From an uncultured Candidatus Saccharibacteria bacterium (GTDB lineage: Bacteria > Patescibacteriota > Minisyncoccia > Phycocordibacterales > EsbW-18), in contig CAZFMQ010000001.1 in NCBI GenBank assembly GCA_964520295.1, positions 84,604 through 148,603 on the forward strand: a stretch of 64,000 nt of DNA. The letters are read 5' to 3'. A model generated the notes under the pieces. That model did no database searches. It was not told where the DNA came from and was given only the letters and a program-made list of their open reading frames with translations. Each line of letters opens with the position of its first letter. Position 1 is the first letter of the stretch. The position numbers and the translations under genes were made by a program. This document shows positions 37,456 to 47,107 of this stretch, piece by piece.

Positions 37456-37839
37456 ATGAAAAAGAAAAAAACTCATGCAAAAAAGAAGACAGCGCGTGCT
37501 GTTTCAGTGGCAAAAAAATCCAATACAAAAAGCAACACATTAGGTATCGAGCCACTTGGAGATCGGGTTGTATTGAAACCATTTTCTGTAGAGGAAACAG
37601 CAGCAAAAACTGTCTCTGGCATTATTCTTCCTGAATCAGACAAGCAACAATTTCCCGAGCAAGGAAAAATTGTCGCTATTGGCGAAGGCACATATAGAGA
37701 TGGCGTGCTCGTGCCAATGCGTGTACGTGTCGGAGATACCGTGGTGTTCTCTAAATACGGCTTTGATGAAATAAAAATAAATGGTACGGAGTACTACATT
37801 CTCAAGGAGGATGCCATTTTAGCGATTATGAGTCACTAA
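37456..37839 (+). CDS. groES: Co-chaperonin GroES with a ~28 aa Lys-rich N-terminal extension
   Basis: LGIEPLGDRVVLKP...GKIVAIGEG...VGDTVVFSKY core. Immediately upstream of groEL. Confidence 0.9.
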   Translation: MKKKKTHAKKKTARAVSVAKKSNTKSNTLGIEPLGDRVVLKPFSVEETAAKTVSGIILPESDKQQFPEQGKIVAIGEGTYRDGVLVPMRVRVGDTVVFSKYGFDEIKINGTEYYILKEDAILAIMSH

Positions 37840-37852
37840 CAAAATCAATCAC

Positions 37853-39481
37853 ATGGCAAGTAAAAAAATCTTATTTGATACAGAAGCACGTGAAGCACTG
37901 AAGCGAGGCATTGATGCCGTTGGTAATGCCGTGCGCGTTACACTCGGTCCACGTGGACGCAATGCAGTACTTGAAAAATCTTATGGTGCACCGACTATTA
38001 CCAATGACGGTGTGTCTATCGCTAAAGAAATAGAATTACCTGATCGTTTTGAAAACATGGGTGCAGAGATTGTGAAGGAAGTTGCTACAAAAACAAACGA
38101 TGTGGCGGGTGATGGTACGACAACGGCGACCGTGCTCGTGCAAGCGCTCGTGCATGAAGGTGTTCGTCACGCCACGCTCGGTGTCAACGCGATGGCCTTG
38201 CGTACGGGTATGGAACAGGCGCGTGAAGATGCCGTTGCCGCATTGAAGGCACTCGCAAAGCCGATAAAAGGTTCTGAAGAAATCAAGCAGGTTGCTACTA
38301 TTTCTGCAGAATCAGAAGAACTCGGCACGATTATTGCAGAAACTATTGAAAAAGTGGGGAAGGACGGCGTAGTAACTGTTGAAGAATCACAAACACTCGG
38401 TATTGATTCAGAGGTTGTTGAGGGTTTGGAGTTTGATAAGGGCTATGTGTCGGCGTATCTCGTGACAAATAGCGAGCGCATGGAGGCGGAATATCGCGAC
38501 GTGCCGGTATTGGTAACGGATAAAAAGATTTCGGTGGTGAAAGATATTCTTCCACTGTTGGAGGGGTTAGCACAGAGTGGCACAAAAGAGCTCGTTATTA
38601 TTGCTGACGATGTTGATGGTGAAGCGTTGACGACATTTGTATTGAACAAATTGCGTGGTGGGTTCAATGTACTTGCAATCAAGGCGCCAGGGTACGGCGA
38701 TCGCAAAAAAGAAATGTTAGCTGACATTGCCATTACGGTTGGTGCACAAGTTGTGTCAGATGAGACGGGTACCAAGCTTGAGAATGCAACGGTGGAGATG
38801 CTTGGACGTGCACGGCGTGTGGTATCTACAAAAGACAAGACCGTCATTGTTGGTGGTAAGGGTAAAAAGGGAGACATTGATGCGCGCGTTGCACAGCTTC
38901 GTTCTCAACTCGCAAAGACAGATGCAAAGTATGACAAAGAAAAACTTACGGAGCGTATTGGCAAACTGACGGGTGGTGTTGCGGTTATTCGCGTGGGCGC
39001 TGCGACAGAGACGGAAATGAAGTATCTCAAACTCAAAATTGAGGATGCGGTCAATGCAACGAAGGCGGCTATTGAAGAGGGTATTGTGCCGGGCGGTGGG
39101 AGTGCATTGGCGAAAGTTTCCAAAAAATTGGAAGCAAAAAAGCTCGGCACAGATGCAGTGTCAGTAGGATACGGCATCGTGATTCGTGCATTGCATGCAC
39201 CACTGCGTCAAATTGCGGTGAACGCTGGCAAAGAAGATGGTCTGGTTATTGTGGATAGGGTGAAGAATGGAGAGAAGCATTCTGGATACGATGCCGGTCG
39301 CGATGAGCTTATTGAGGATATGCTCGGCGCAGGTATTGTTGATCCGGTGAAGGTAACGCGCACTGCGTTGCAAAATGCGGTCTCTGCGGCGGCAATGCTC
39401 ATTACTACTGAAGTAGCCGTTGCCGAAGAACCAAAAGAAGAAAAAGACGTGCCGCACGAACACGGGCAAGGCGGATACTAG
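37853..39481 (+). CDS. groEL: Chaperonin GroEL
   Basis: 542 aa. [30 protein letters not shown], and GGG-M-like C-terminus. Confidence 0.97.
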   Translation: MASKKILFDTEAREALKRGIDAVGNAVRVTLGPRGRNAVLEKSYGAPTITNDGVSIAKEIELPDRFENMGAEIVKEVATKTNDVAGDGTTTATVLVQALVHEGVRHATLGVNAMALRTGMEQAREDAVAALKALAKPIKGSEEIKQVATISAESEELGTIIAETIEKVGKDGVVTVEESQTLGIDSEVVEGLEFDKGYVSAYLVTNSERMEAEYRDVPVLVTDKKISVVKDILPLLEGLAQSGTKELVIIADDVDGEALTTFVLNKLRGGFNVLAIKAPGYGDRKKEMLADIAITVGAQVVSDETGTKLENATVEMLGRARRVVSTKDKTVIVGGKGKKGDIDARVAQLRSQLAKTDAKYDKEKLTERIGKLTGGVAVIRVGAATETEMKYLKLKIEDAVNATKAAIEEGIVPGGGSALAKVSKKLEAKKLGTDAVSVGYGIVIRALHAPLRQIAVNAGKEDGLVIVDRVKNGEKHSGYDAGRDELIEDMLGAGIVDPVKVTRTALQNAVSAAAMLITTEVAVAEEPKEEKDVPHEHGQGGY

Positions 39482-39494
39482 GAGAGGGGAATAC

Positions 39495-39526
39495 GCCCCG
39501 CCCCGACATGTCGGGGCGGGGCTTTC
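39495..39526 (+). terminator. Rho-independent terminator GCCCCGCCCCGACA-TG-TCGGGGCGGGGC then TTTCC
   Basis: Read directly after the groEL stop. Confidence 0.75.
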
Positions 39527-39565
39527 CGTATGGTATACTAAACATATATACAGTAACCTTTTAGT

Positions 39566-40126
39566 ATGTCATTTCTTTCACTGGTACTTATAGCTGTCGC
39601 GGTTGTCGTTGTGTGGGCAATCTTCACCTATAACCGCTTTATACGTTTGAATGGTAATGCCGATGAGGCGTGGTCGGATATTGATGTGCAACTCAAACGT
39701 CGATACGACCTAATCCCTAATTTGGTAGAAACCGTCAAAGGGTATGCAACACATGAGCGAGAGGCATTTGAACAGGTAACGAAAGCACGCGCCAATGCGA
39801 TGGGTGTATCTGCGCACGCAGGTGTGCAGGAGCACGCACAAGCAGAAAATATGCTTTCGAGCACACTGAAATCACTCTTTGCGATTGCCGAAGCGTATCC
39901 GGACTTGAAGGCAAACCAAAACTTTTTGGAATTACAGCGTGAATTATCCGACACCGAGAACAAAATCCAAGCGTCACGCCGATTTTACAATGCGAGCGTG
40001 CGTGATCTCAACATCGCAGCGGACTCATTTCCGGGCAATGTCATCGCCCGTCTGTTTACGTTCGTAAAGCGAGAGTTTTTTGAAGTGCTTGAAGAGCAGA
40101 AAGAGCCGGTAAAGGTGCAATTTTAG
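39566..40126 (+). CDS. lemA: LemA family protein
   Basis: N-terminal TM helix. LemA signature (YNRFIRLNGNADEAWSDIDVQLKRRYDLIPNLVETVKGYATHE...). Confidence 0.9.
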   Translation: MSFLSLVLIAVAVVVVWAIFTYNRFIRLNGNADEAWSDIDVQLKRRYDLIPNLVETVKGYATHEREAFEQVTKARANAMGVSAHAGVQEHAQAENMLSSTLKSLFAIAEAYPDLKANQNFLELQRELSDTENKIQASRRFYNASVRDLNIAADSFPGNVIARLFTFVKREFFEVLEEQKEPVKVQF

Positions 40127-40130
40127 TTTT

Positions 40131-40307
40131 ATGGTGGGTTTGTACGCACGTCACAACCGTACAGTAAGCTCGGTGTGGTACATCGTTTTTATTTTCGTGT
40201 GTGTCGTTGGTTTTACGACGTGGCGTACATACGAAACCATTCAAGACATTGAGATGAATAATAGTCATATGGTGTCGCATATGCGCGATATTATGGCGAT
40301 AGAATAA
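40131..40307 (+). CDS. Possible small membrane protein (58 aa) between lemA and htpX. Not in the ORF track because it is under 60 aa.
   Basis: ATG 40131 to TAA 40307. Central hydrophobic helix WYIVFIFVCVVGFTTW. Tightly packed between the neighbouring genes. Confidence 0.35.
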   Translation: MVGLYARHNRTVSSVWYIVFIFVCVVGFTTWRTYETIQDIEMNNSHMVSHMRDIMAIE

Positions 40308-40309
40308 GT

Positions 40310-41218
40310 ATGGCGTCACTGTATTCGTATAGAGATAGCAACATCAGCAAGACATGGGCGCTCATGCTCGCGTTTTTCACGGTTGTTATTGGTATCGGGT
40401 GGGTATTTGCACAGATATACGGCTCATCACATATTTTGTATATCGCGGTGGCATTTTCACTCATTATGAACGTTGCGAGCTACTGGTTCTCTGACAAGGT
40501 GGCGCTTGCGGTGTCGGGCGCTCGGCCAGCAACACGCAAAGAATTTTTTGATGTGTATACGGTCACTGAAAATCTTGCCATTACCGCTGGTCTGCCAATG
40601 CCAAAACTCTATGTCATCAATGATCCAGCACCGAATGCATTTGCGACAGGACGCAACCCACGTCATGCAAGTGTCGCAGTTACCACAGGGCTTTTGGAAC
40701 GATTGTCTAGAACAGAGTTGGAGGGTGTGATTGCACACGAATTGGCGCACGTAAAAAATTGGGATATTTTACTTTCGTCAGTTGTTGTCGTACTCGTTGG
40801 TTTCTTGAGTTTGCTGGCGGATTTCTTTTTGCGCTCTATGCACTTTCAAGGAGGTAACAATGATCGTGGTGGCAACGCATTGTTTGCACTAGTGGGTATT
40901 GTGTTGGCAATGTTGACACCGATTGCAGGCACCATTATGCAACTAGCGATTTCTCGCAGACGAGAATCACTTGCAGACGCGTCAGGAGTACTGCTGACAC
41001 GCTATCCCGAAGGGTTGGCATCGGCGCTTGAAAAAATTGGGTCGTATAGTGCGCCGATGCGTCGAGTGCATAGCGCTACTGCGCACTTGTTTCTTTCTGA
41101 TCCGCGCGGGAAAGAGGCACAACAAAAAACAAACAAAGTAAGCTGGGTGGCGCGCCTCTTCATGACGCATCCGCCGATACATGAGCGCATTGCCGCATTG
41201 CGTGACGCAGACAGATAG
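40310..41218 (+). CDS. htpX: Zinc metalloprotease HtpX (M48)
   Basis: HEXXH (GVIAHELAHV), TM helices, and the C-terminal HPP. Confidence 0.92.
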   Translation: MASLYSYRDSNISKTWALMLAFFTVVIGIGWVFAQIYGSSHILYIAVAFSLIMNVASYWFSDKVALAVSGARPATRKEFFDVYTVTENLAITAGLPMPKLYVINDPAPNAFATGRNPRHASVAVTTGLLERLSRTELEGVIAHELAHVKNWDILLSSVVVVLVGFLSLLADFFLRSMHFQGGNNDRGGNALFALVGIVLAMLTPIAGTIMQLAISRRRESLADASGVLLTRYPEGLASALEKIGSYSAPMRRVHSATAHLFLSDPRGKEAQQKTNKVSWVARLFMTHPPIHERIAALRDADR

Positions 41219-41220
41219 AT

Positions 41221-41973
41221 ATGACAGATCAAAAACCAATAGCACTTACACCGGAAATTCTTTCACACGCACTACATCATGCACGGGCGCTTATTTTGGT
41301 TGATGAACAAGTGTTTGATGATACAAATCACCTTAAGAAGGTATTGCGTGAGTATGCCATTGTGTTTGATGAGAGTGATGAGCACGAAAAGGCACTTACA
41401 AATCTGCAACAACAGTTGAAGGTACTCAAGCGTATGGTGTATAGAGACGAATTGACGGGTATTCTCAATCGCCGTGGTATTGAAGAAGAGTTCGGCGGTC
41501 TTTTTCGGGAGGCGCTTTCGTATAAAGAACATAAAACGCAACGGCATGGCGTGGTTATCACTGATTTCTCCATCATTTTTCTGGATATTGATAATTTCAA
41601 AAGTATTAATGATCGCTTTGGCCATGCAGAAGGTGATCGCATACTGCAAGCATGTGCACGGGTGTTGAAAGAAAGCGCGCGAGAAACTGACATGGTCGGT
41701 CGTCTTGGTGGGGAAGAATTTCTTATCGGGTTGCTCGGTGCCACAGAATCAGAAGCATATGAGAAAGCGGAGGAGGTTAGAAAAAAGATTGTAGAGACCA
41801 TCAAAACCACAGACGGTAGTGCGGTAACTGCAAGCATGGGCGTGGCATCACTCGCTGCGTCGTCAGCCAATACGCTTGATGCCTTGATTAAAGCAGCTGA
41901 TACAGCGATGTATGAGGCAAAGCACGAGAAGGGTAAAAATACCGTGGTACAATATAGTACTATAACGTCATAA
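41221..41973 (+). CDS. GGDEF-domain diguanylate cyclase
   Basis: RDELTGILNRRG, DIDNFKSINDRFGH, and RLGGEEF (GGEEF active site). Confidence 0.88.
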   Translation: MTDQKPIALTPEILSHALHHARALILVDEQVFDDTNHLKKVLREYAIVFDESDEHEKALTNLQQQLKVLKRMVYRDELTGILNRRGIEEEFGGLFREALSYKEHKTQRHGVVITDFSIIFLDIDNFKSINDRFGHAEGDRILQACARVLKESARETDMVGRLGGEEFLIGLLGATESEAYEKAEEVRKKIVETIKTTDGSAVTASMGVASLAASSANTLDALIKAADTAMYEAKHEKGKNTVVQYSTITS

Positions 41974-41974
41974 T

Positions 41975-42361
41975 ATGTCGCGTGTTCCGTTCGTTTCGTA
42001 TTCGTGGAAAGAGGGGAGAGTGTGGGATTTATGGATGTTTGTGCATTTTCTATCAGGCACGACCATCGGTTTTGCAAATGCATACCTGTCCCTTCCTACA
42101 ACATACCTATTTGGCCTTTGTGCACTCGGTATGATTCTATGGGAGATTGTTGAGATTGTCGGCGGTGTGCATGAAGTGGCAGAAAATCGTTTGCTGGATG
42201 TTGCAACTGGCTTGTTAGGGTTGTTTGTGGCAAGCGAGTTGATTATGTCGCGCGTCTCACTTGATTTCGCACAGGCGTGCTTCTACATCAGCGCCGCTCT
42301 TTTGTTGCTTGGCTGCTATTTTGGTTGGAGTGCATACCAAAAACGCATGCAGGGGATGTAA
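41975..42361 (+). CDS. Hypothetical membrane protein (3-4 TM helices)
   Basis: 128 aa hydrophobic ORF. Confidence 0.5.
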   Translation: MSRVPFVSYSWKEGRVWDLWMFVHFLSGTTIGFANAYLSLPTTYLFGLCALGMILWEIVEIVGGVHEVAENRLLDVATGLLGLFVASELIMSRVSLDFAQACFYISAALLLLGCYFGWSAYQKRMQGM

Positions 42362-42649
42362 AGGTGGTGTAGTGTTTCTCCCGCTCTTTCAAATTAAAAA
42401 CCAAAAACTGGCGGGCTACCTCGGGCTGGAACCGTGGTCGGTCAAGCCCGGGTTGGTTATTTTCATTGATTTTATTGTAGCAATTTAAGGTTCTAACAGC
42501 TCACCATTATTTTCAAAAAGTGACAAAAGTGACAGTACTTTGAGTATATTCGTTACAGCCATTTGTCACTTTTCTTCTAGTGACCATGCGACGAAACGCT
42601 AGTTCTGCATAGTCTATGCACCACCAACTGGTCTGTCATCAATAGGTGT

Positions 42650-43938
42650 ATGGAAACAACAGCGCCAGAGAAGTTGAAATACGTTCTGTATGCTCGAAAA
42701 AGTACCGAGAACGACGAACGACAGGCACTCTCGATTGATTCGCAAGTAAAGGAAATGTTACAGATTGCCGAGCGAGAAAGTCTTGAAATAGCGGATATAC
42801 GAAGAGAGGCGCATTCCGCAAAAGATTCAGGACAGCGACCAGTCTTCAAAGAACTTCTTAGCGACATTAGGCAAGAGAAGTTCAACGCGATTCTCACTTG
42901 GGCACCAGATCGTCTTTCGAGAAATGCAGGAGATCTGGGTCGATCGTAGACCTTATGGACGAGAAGAAATTGATATCCATTCGCACTTATGGACAGACCT
43001 TCTCCAACTCCCCGAACGAAAAGTTCCTCCTCATGATTCTCTGTTCTCAAGCGAAACTAGAGAACGATAATCGAGGCATCAATGTAAAACGAGGTCTACG
43101 CGCGCGGTGTGAGCTAGGACTATGGACGACTACGCCGCCAACAGGCTACCTCAAAGAAAAGCGGCTCGACAGGAAGAACGAATGCTATCCAGATCCAGAC
43201 AGAGAAGCCGTGATACGGCAGATATTTGAGAAAGTGGCGTACGAAAAATGGTCAGGACGCAAACTCTATCACTGGCTCACGTTCGAGCTGAACTTTAGAA
43301 CTGCCGCAGGAAAGAAACATTTAAGTCTTGGAAATATCTACCGCATACTTGAGAACACTTTTTACTACGGAGCATTTGAGTATCCGCGAGACAGCGGCAT
43401 CTGGTATCAAGGCAAGCACAAACCGATTATCACTAAGGAACTTTTTGATTTAGTCCAAGAGCAGATAAAGAACTCTCAGCTCGTCCGCAAGGAAAATATC
43501 GAGTTTGCCTTCACGAAGATTATGAAGTGCGGACTATGTGGCTCTGGTGTATCGGCAACCGAAAAGTTTAAGAAGCAGAAGAATGGACCATCGAAACGGC
43601 ATGTCTATTATGGTTGTACCAAAGCGAGAGACAAGAATTGCAAATGCGGGTATATCAACGAAACGGAGCTGATCGAGCAACTGCAAGATCTTACCGATAA
43701 GCTGGACCTCAAGAAAACGCCAATGCAGAACAAAATCAAAATGGAGATCAGGAGATTCAAGAAGTTCCAGGGAATGGTCACCGGAAAGAGCGACAGCATC
43801 GATGTCGATGATGTGGATATTCAGAACTACGCAAGATTTCTACTCAAAGAGGGTGATGATCAGGAGAAACGAGATTTGCTTGGTTGTTTAAAAGGAGAAA
43901 TATTATTAAGTAATAAGCTCATTTCATTAAAGCTTTAA
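42650..43938 (+). pseudogene. Large serine recombinase: resolvase catalytic domain, recombinase domain and zinc ribbon, interrupted by a 1-nt frameshift at about 42940-42950
   Basis: ORF 42650..42949 has catalytic YARKSTE and ends ...LSRNAGDLGRS*. ORF 42898..43938 continues IVDLMDEKK... in another frame with CGLCGS...YYGC...CKCG. The join needs one extra nucleotide in GGTCGATCGTAGAC. Confidence 0.75.
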
Positions 43939-44019
43939 TCGTAAAATTGACCGTAAGTGCCTACAGGTATATACTTTCTTTATAAAGCTATGAATGTGAA
44001 TAGTAAGTCGCAAGACTGA

Positions 44020-44202
44020 ACCAACCCAGGAGCTGCCTGCGATGAGCAGAGACGGAAATCCCAACCGTAAAATAGGGTGGCTGTATTTACAGCTGACAAG
44101 GGTTGTAATAGTGATATTGCAACCAAAGCAAGGTGGTACCACGAGTGATCCTCGTCCTTGCAGAGCCTATTCTTTTAGGTTTTGCAAAGACGGGGATTTT
44201 TC
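44020..44202 (+). promoter_or_regulatory. T-box riboswitch leader (proline specifier CCC) with a terminator, upstream of csaA-like and proS
   Basis: Stem I GA/K-turn motif GCGATGAGCAGAGA (44038-44052). Specifier loop ...GAAATCCCAA (CCC at 44060-62). T-box sequence AAAGCAAGGTGGTACCACGAG (44124-44145). Antiterminator A1 GCAAGG/CCTTGC flanks the bulge TGGTACC and the A2 hairpin ACGAG-TGATC-CTCGT. The terminator CGTCCTTGCA...TGCAAAGACG then TTTTT (44153-44201) shares its 5' strand with the antiterminator. Confidence 0.7.
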
Positions 44203-44226
44203 ATTTTATAATTAACCTACAACATC

Positions 44227-44559
44227 ATGATTACATATGACGATTTTACAAAAGTAGACATTCGCGTCGGGAAAATCACAAAGGTCGAAGATTTTCCCGA
44301 AGCTCGGAAGCCAGCATATAAAATCTGGATTGATTTTGGAGTAGAAATTGGTACTAAAGTTTCTTCTGCCCAAATCACAAAGCATTATTCAAAAGATAAC
44401 CTTATCGGCAAGCAAGTAATTGGTGTTGTGAATTTCCCACCAAAACAAATTGGTCCGTTTAAATCAGAAGTACTGACTCTTGGATTAACAGATGAAAATG
44501 GCGATGTTGTCATTGTTGCACCAACTAAAGAAGTTCCATTAGGCGGAAAACTATTTTAA
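44227..44559 (+). CDS. csaA: tRNA-binding protein (CsaA/Trbp111-like OB-fold, EMAP/MetRS C-terminal-domain type)
   Basis: DFTKVDIRVGKITKVEDFPEARKPAYKIWIDFG...IGKQVIGVVNFPPKQIGPFKSEVLTLG is the canonical Trbp111 domain. Confidence 0.88.
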   Translation: MITYDDFTKVDIRVGKITKVEDFPEARKPAYKIWIDFGVEIGTKVSSAQITKHYSKDNLIGKQVIGVVNFPPKQIGPFKSEVLTLGLTDENGDVVIVAPTKEVPLGGKLF

Positions 44560-44564
44560 CTATT

Positions 44565-45995
44565 ATGAAGTTTACTAAAAGAGACTTGCCAAAAAAATCA
44601 GAAAACCTTTCTGATTGGTATAACAAAGTAATTTTGATGGCTGAGCTTGCTGACTATGGCCCAGCAAAGGGAACGATGATTTACCGTCCCTATGGTTATG
44701 CTATCTGGGAGCTTATACAAAAAGAAATGGATAGTTTGATAAAGGAGCGCGGAGTTGAGAATGGATATTTCCCTCTTTTTATCCCTGAATCTTTGCTCAA
44801 AAAGGAAGAAAGTCATATTGAAGGATTTTCTCCAGAGCTAGCAGTTGTAACAATTGGCGGAGGTGAACAATTGACAGAAAAGTTGGTAGTAAGACCAACC
44901 AGCGAAACAATAATGTATGACGCTTATTCACGCTGGATCCACTCTTGGCGTGATTTACCGTTGATGATTAATCAGTGGAATAATGTCGTTCGATGGGAGA
45001 AAAGAACTTATATGTTTTTGCGCACAACAGAATTCTTATGGCAAGAAGGACATACTGCTCATGCGACACATGATGAAGCATGGGAGATGGTTTTATGGGC
45101 GATGAAAATGTACCAGAAAGTTTATCGTGAACTTTTTGCAATGCCTGGATATGTGGGAAGAAAATCTGAGTCAGAAAAATTTGCAGGCGCTGACAAGACT
45201 TTGACCTTTGAATCACTTATGCCTGAGGGAAAAGCTTTACAAAGCTGTACTTCGCACGATTTAGGTCAAAACTTTTCAAAGACATTCGATATTTCCTTCC
45301 TTAATTCAGAAGGAAAATCAGAGAATGTATGGCAGACGAGTTGGGGTCTATCTACACGCTCAATTGGTGGCCTTATTATGATGCATGGCGATGATGCGGG
45401 ATTGGTCTTGCCGCCTCGTCTAGCTCCAATTCAAGTTGTAGTTTTGCCAGTAAAAGGCGATGAAGAAATCATGGTGATATGTAAAGATATACAAGAGAAA
45501 TTAAAGGCCAAAAGTATTCGGGTAAAAATTGATGACTCAGATAATGAGACAATTGGATTCCGTATTAATAAGTGGGAATTAAAAGGTGTTCCTCTAAGGA
45601 TTGAAGTTGGCATAAAGGAAGTTGAGCAAGGCAAAATCACGGCTGTTCGCAGAGATAATGGAGAAAAGTTTAGCTTCTCAAATAATGAGTTGATCGAAAA
45701 GACTAGCGAACTCTTGCACACGATTCAGAGCGAGTTATATCAAAGAGCAGAAAAGTTTCTGCAGGAAAATACTCGGAACGTAAAAACGTACGAGGAGTTT
45801 AAAGAAACTTTGTCTGAAAAGCGAGGATTTATTTCTGCATTCTGGTGTGAGAATGAGGAATGTGAAAAAAATATAAAAGAAGAAACAAAAGCAACTACTC
45901 GGTGCCAACCAATTGATTCAGAAGAATTGGACGGAAAATGTGTCTATTGTAATAGGCCTGCAAAATACAGCTGGCTCTTTGGCCAGGCTTATTAG
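44565..45995 (+). CDS. proS: Prolyl-tRNA synthetase, archaeal/eukaryotic type (no INS editing domain, C-terminal Zn-binding domain ending in Tyr)
   Basis: Class II motifs, anticodon-binding domain, and a C-terminal CxxC...CxxC...Y (CENEECEKN...CVYCNRPAKYSWLFGQAY). Length 476 aa. AT-rich codon usage. Confidence 0.9.
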   Translation: MKFTKRDLPKKSENLSDWYNKVILMAELADYGPAKGTMIYRPYGYAIWELIQKEMDSLIKERGVENGYFPLFIPESLLKKEESHIEGFSPELAVVTIGGGEQLTEKLVVRPTSETIMYDAYSRWIHSWRDLPLMINQWNNVVRWEKRTYMFLRTTEFLWQEGHTAHATHDEAWEMVLWAMKMYQKVYRELFAMPGYVGRKSESEKFAGADKTLTFESLMPEGKALQSCTSHDLGQNFSKTFDISFLNSEGKSENVWQTSWGLSTRSIGGLIMMHGDDAGLVLPPRLAPIQVVVLPVKGDEEIMVICKDIQEKLKAKSIRVKIDDSDNETIGFRINKWELKGVPLRIEVGIKEVEQGKITAVRRDNGEKFSFSNNELIEKTSELLHTIQSELYQRAEKFLQENTRNVKTYEEFKETLSEKRGFISAFWCENEECEKNIKEETKATTRCQPIDSEELDGKCVYCNRPAKYSWLFGQAY

Positions 45996-46056
45996 CCACC
46001 CAAACTCAAGTGTTACTTGAAGCGAACACGAGCTTCCTCGTGCTAGCTGTTAAATG

Positions 46057-46143
46057 CGGAGACAAGAGGATTCGAACCTCTGGTCGGATTTCTCCGACAC
46101 CACCTTTCCAAGGTGGCGCATTCGACCGCTCTGCCATGTCTCC
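46057..46143 (-). tRNA. tRNA-Ser (anticodon GGA), type II with long variable arm
   Basis: Reverse-complement fold. Acceptor GGAGACA/TGTCTCC, 3-bp D-stem GCA/TGC, anticodon stem CCACC/GGTGG with loop TTGGAAA, variable arm GTCGG...CCGAC, T-arm AGAGG-TTCGAAT-CCTCT, discriminator G. Confidence 0.85.
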
Positions 46144-46166
46144 GTGTGTAGTGTTATACCACACCA

Positions 46167-47057
46167 CTATTCTTTCAAAAAATTCTTTGAAAGTGTTTGG
46201 ATTTTTGAAAACGCGGTAGGTGGGAACCAGTGTATGGATTGATTGCGTTTGAACCACGTCATTTGCCGTTTAGCATAGCGATAAATCTCTGTTTCAAGTT
46301 TTGCGAGCATTGCTTCGCGAGACAGTTTTCCTTGCAGATGTTGTGCGATATATCTGTACTCAAGCCCTAATTCCTCAAGACGTTTCCACGACACACCGTG
46401 CGCATGCAAGCGACGCACTTCAGCGACCATGCCGTGCTTCATACGTTCATGCAGGCGCGTATGTATTTTTTGTTTCAGTTTCGCCATGGGAAGTGTAATA
46501 CCAATATAGAGTGCATCATACGGGGATTGTGTGTGTTGTTTCGGCACTGCACCAAGTGCGTTTATGATTTCTAATGCACGTATGAGGCGGCGTTTGTTGT
46601 GTTTGTCTATGTCATGCGCGCGTTGCGGGTCTTTTTTCTGCAACATGACGTACAACTCTTCAGCGCTTTTTTTCTCAAGACGTGCGCGTAGTATCTTGTT
46701 CGGTGGCACATTTGGCAGTACGACACCTGCAACCAATGCATCAATGTAGTGTCCTGTGCCACCAACAATAATTGGTGTTTTGCCCCCGTTGCGTATTTTT
46801 GTAATTGCTTTCTGCGCATCACGAGTAAAGTGTTGCGCGGTGTAGGTGCGCTTTGGTGACGCGACATCAAGAAGATAGTGGGGTATACCCTGCATCTCTC
46901 GTTTTGTAATTTTGCCACTGCCGATGTTCAATCCTTTGTATACCTGACGAGAGTCGCCAGAGATAATTGCACCACCAAGGGTGCGCGCGAGCCGAATGGC
47001 GAGCGCACTTTTTCCAACTGCAGTTGGCCCGACAATGACAATGAGTTTTGGTTTCAT
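46167..47057 (-). CDS. miaA: tRNA dimethylallyltransferase MiaA
   Basis: P-loop GPTAVGKS, DSRQVYKGLNIGSGK, and conserved MiaA core. Start at the internal ATG (MKPKLIVIVGPT). Confidence 0.92.
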   Translation of the reverse strand: MKPKLIVIVGPTAVGKSALAIRLARTLGGAIISGDSRQVYKGLNIGSGKITKREMQGIPHYLLDVASPKRTYTAQHFTRDAQKAITKIRNGGKTPIIVGGTGHYIDALVAGVVLPNVPPNKILRARLEKKSAEELYVMLQKKDPQRAHDIDKHNKRRLIRALEIINALGAVPKQHTQSPYDALYIGITLPMAKLKQKIHTRLHERMKHGMVAEVRRLHAHGVSWKRLEELGLEYRYIAQHLQGKLSREAMLAKLETEIYRYAKRQMTWFKRNQSIHWFPPTAFSKIQTLSKNFLKE

Positions 47058-47107
47058 TGTTGAGAACATACCGCATGTGGTGTATTTCAGCAATATGAAA
47101 GATCTAG

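Noticed and set aside
41328-42083. 251-aa minus-strand ORF antisense to the GGDEF gene
   Set aside because: Shadow ORF. The plus-strand GGDEF domain is unambiguous.
42362-42650. Searched for tmRNA, RNase P RNA or SRP RNA in this and other long intergenic regions (11620-12096, 26041-26251)
   Set aside because: None of the conserved hallmarks were found: tmRNA tRNA-like ends, RNase P GGAAAGUCCGGGCUCC / P4, SRP GGAA tetraloop domain. The regions are reported only as unexplained structured or leader sequences.
46006-46257. Small ORFs on both strands overlapping tRNA-Ser
   Set aside because: They overlap a well-folding type-II tRNA-Ser(GGA). No coding features.
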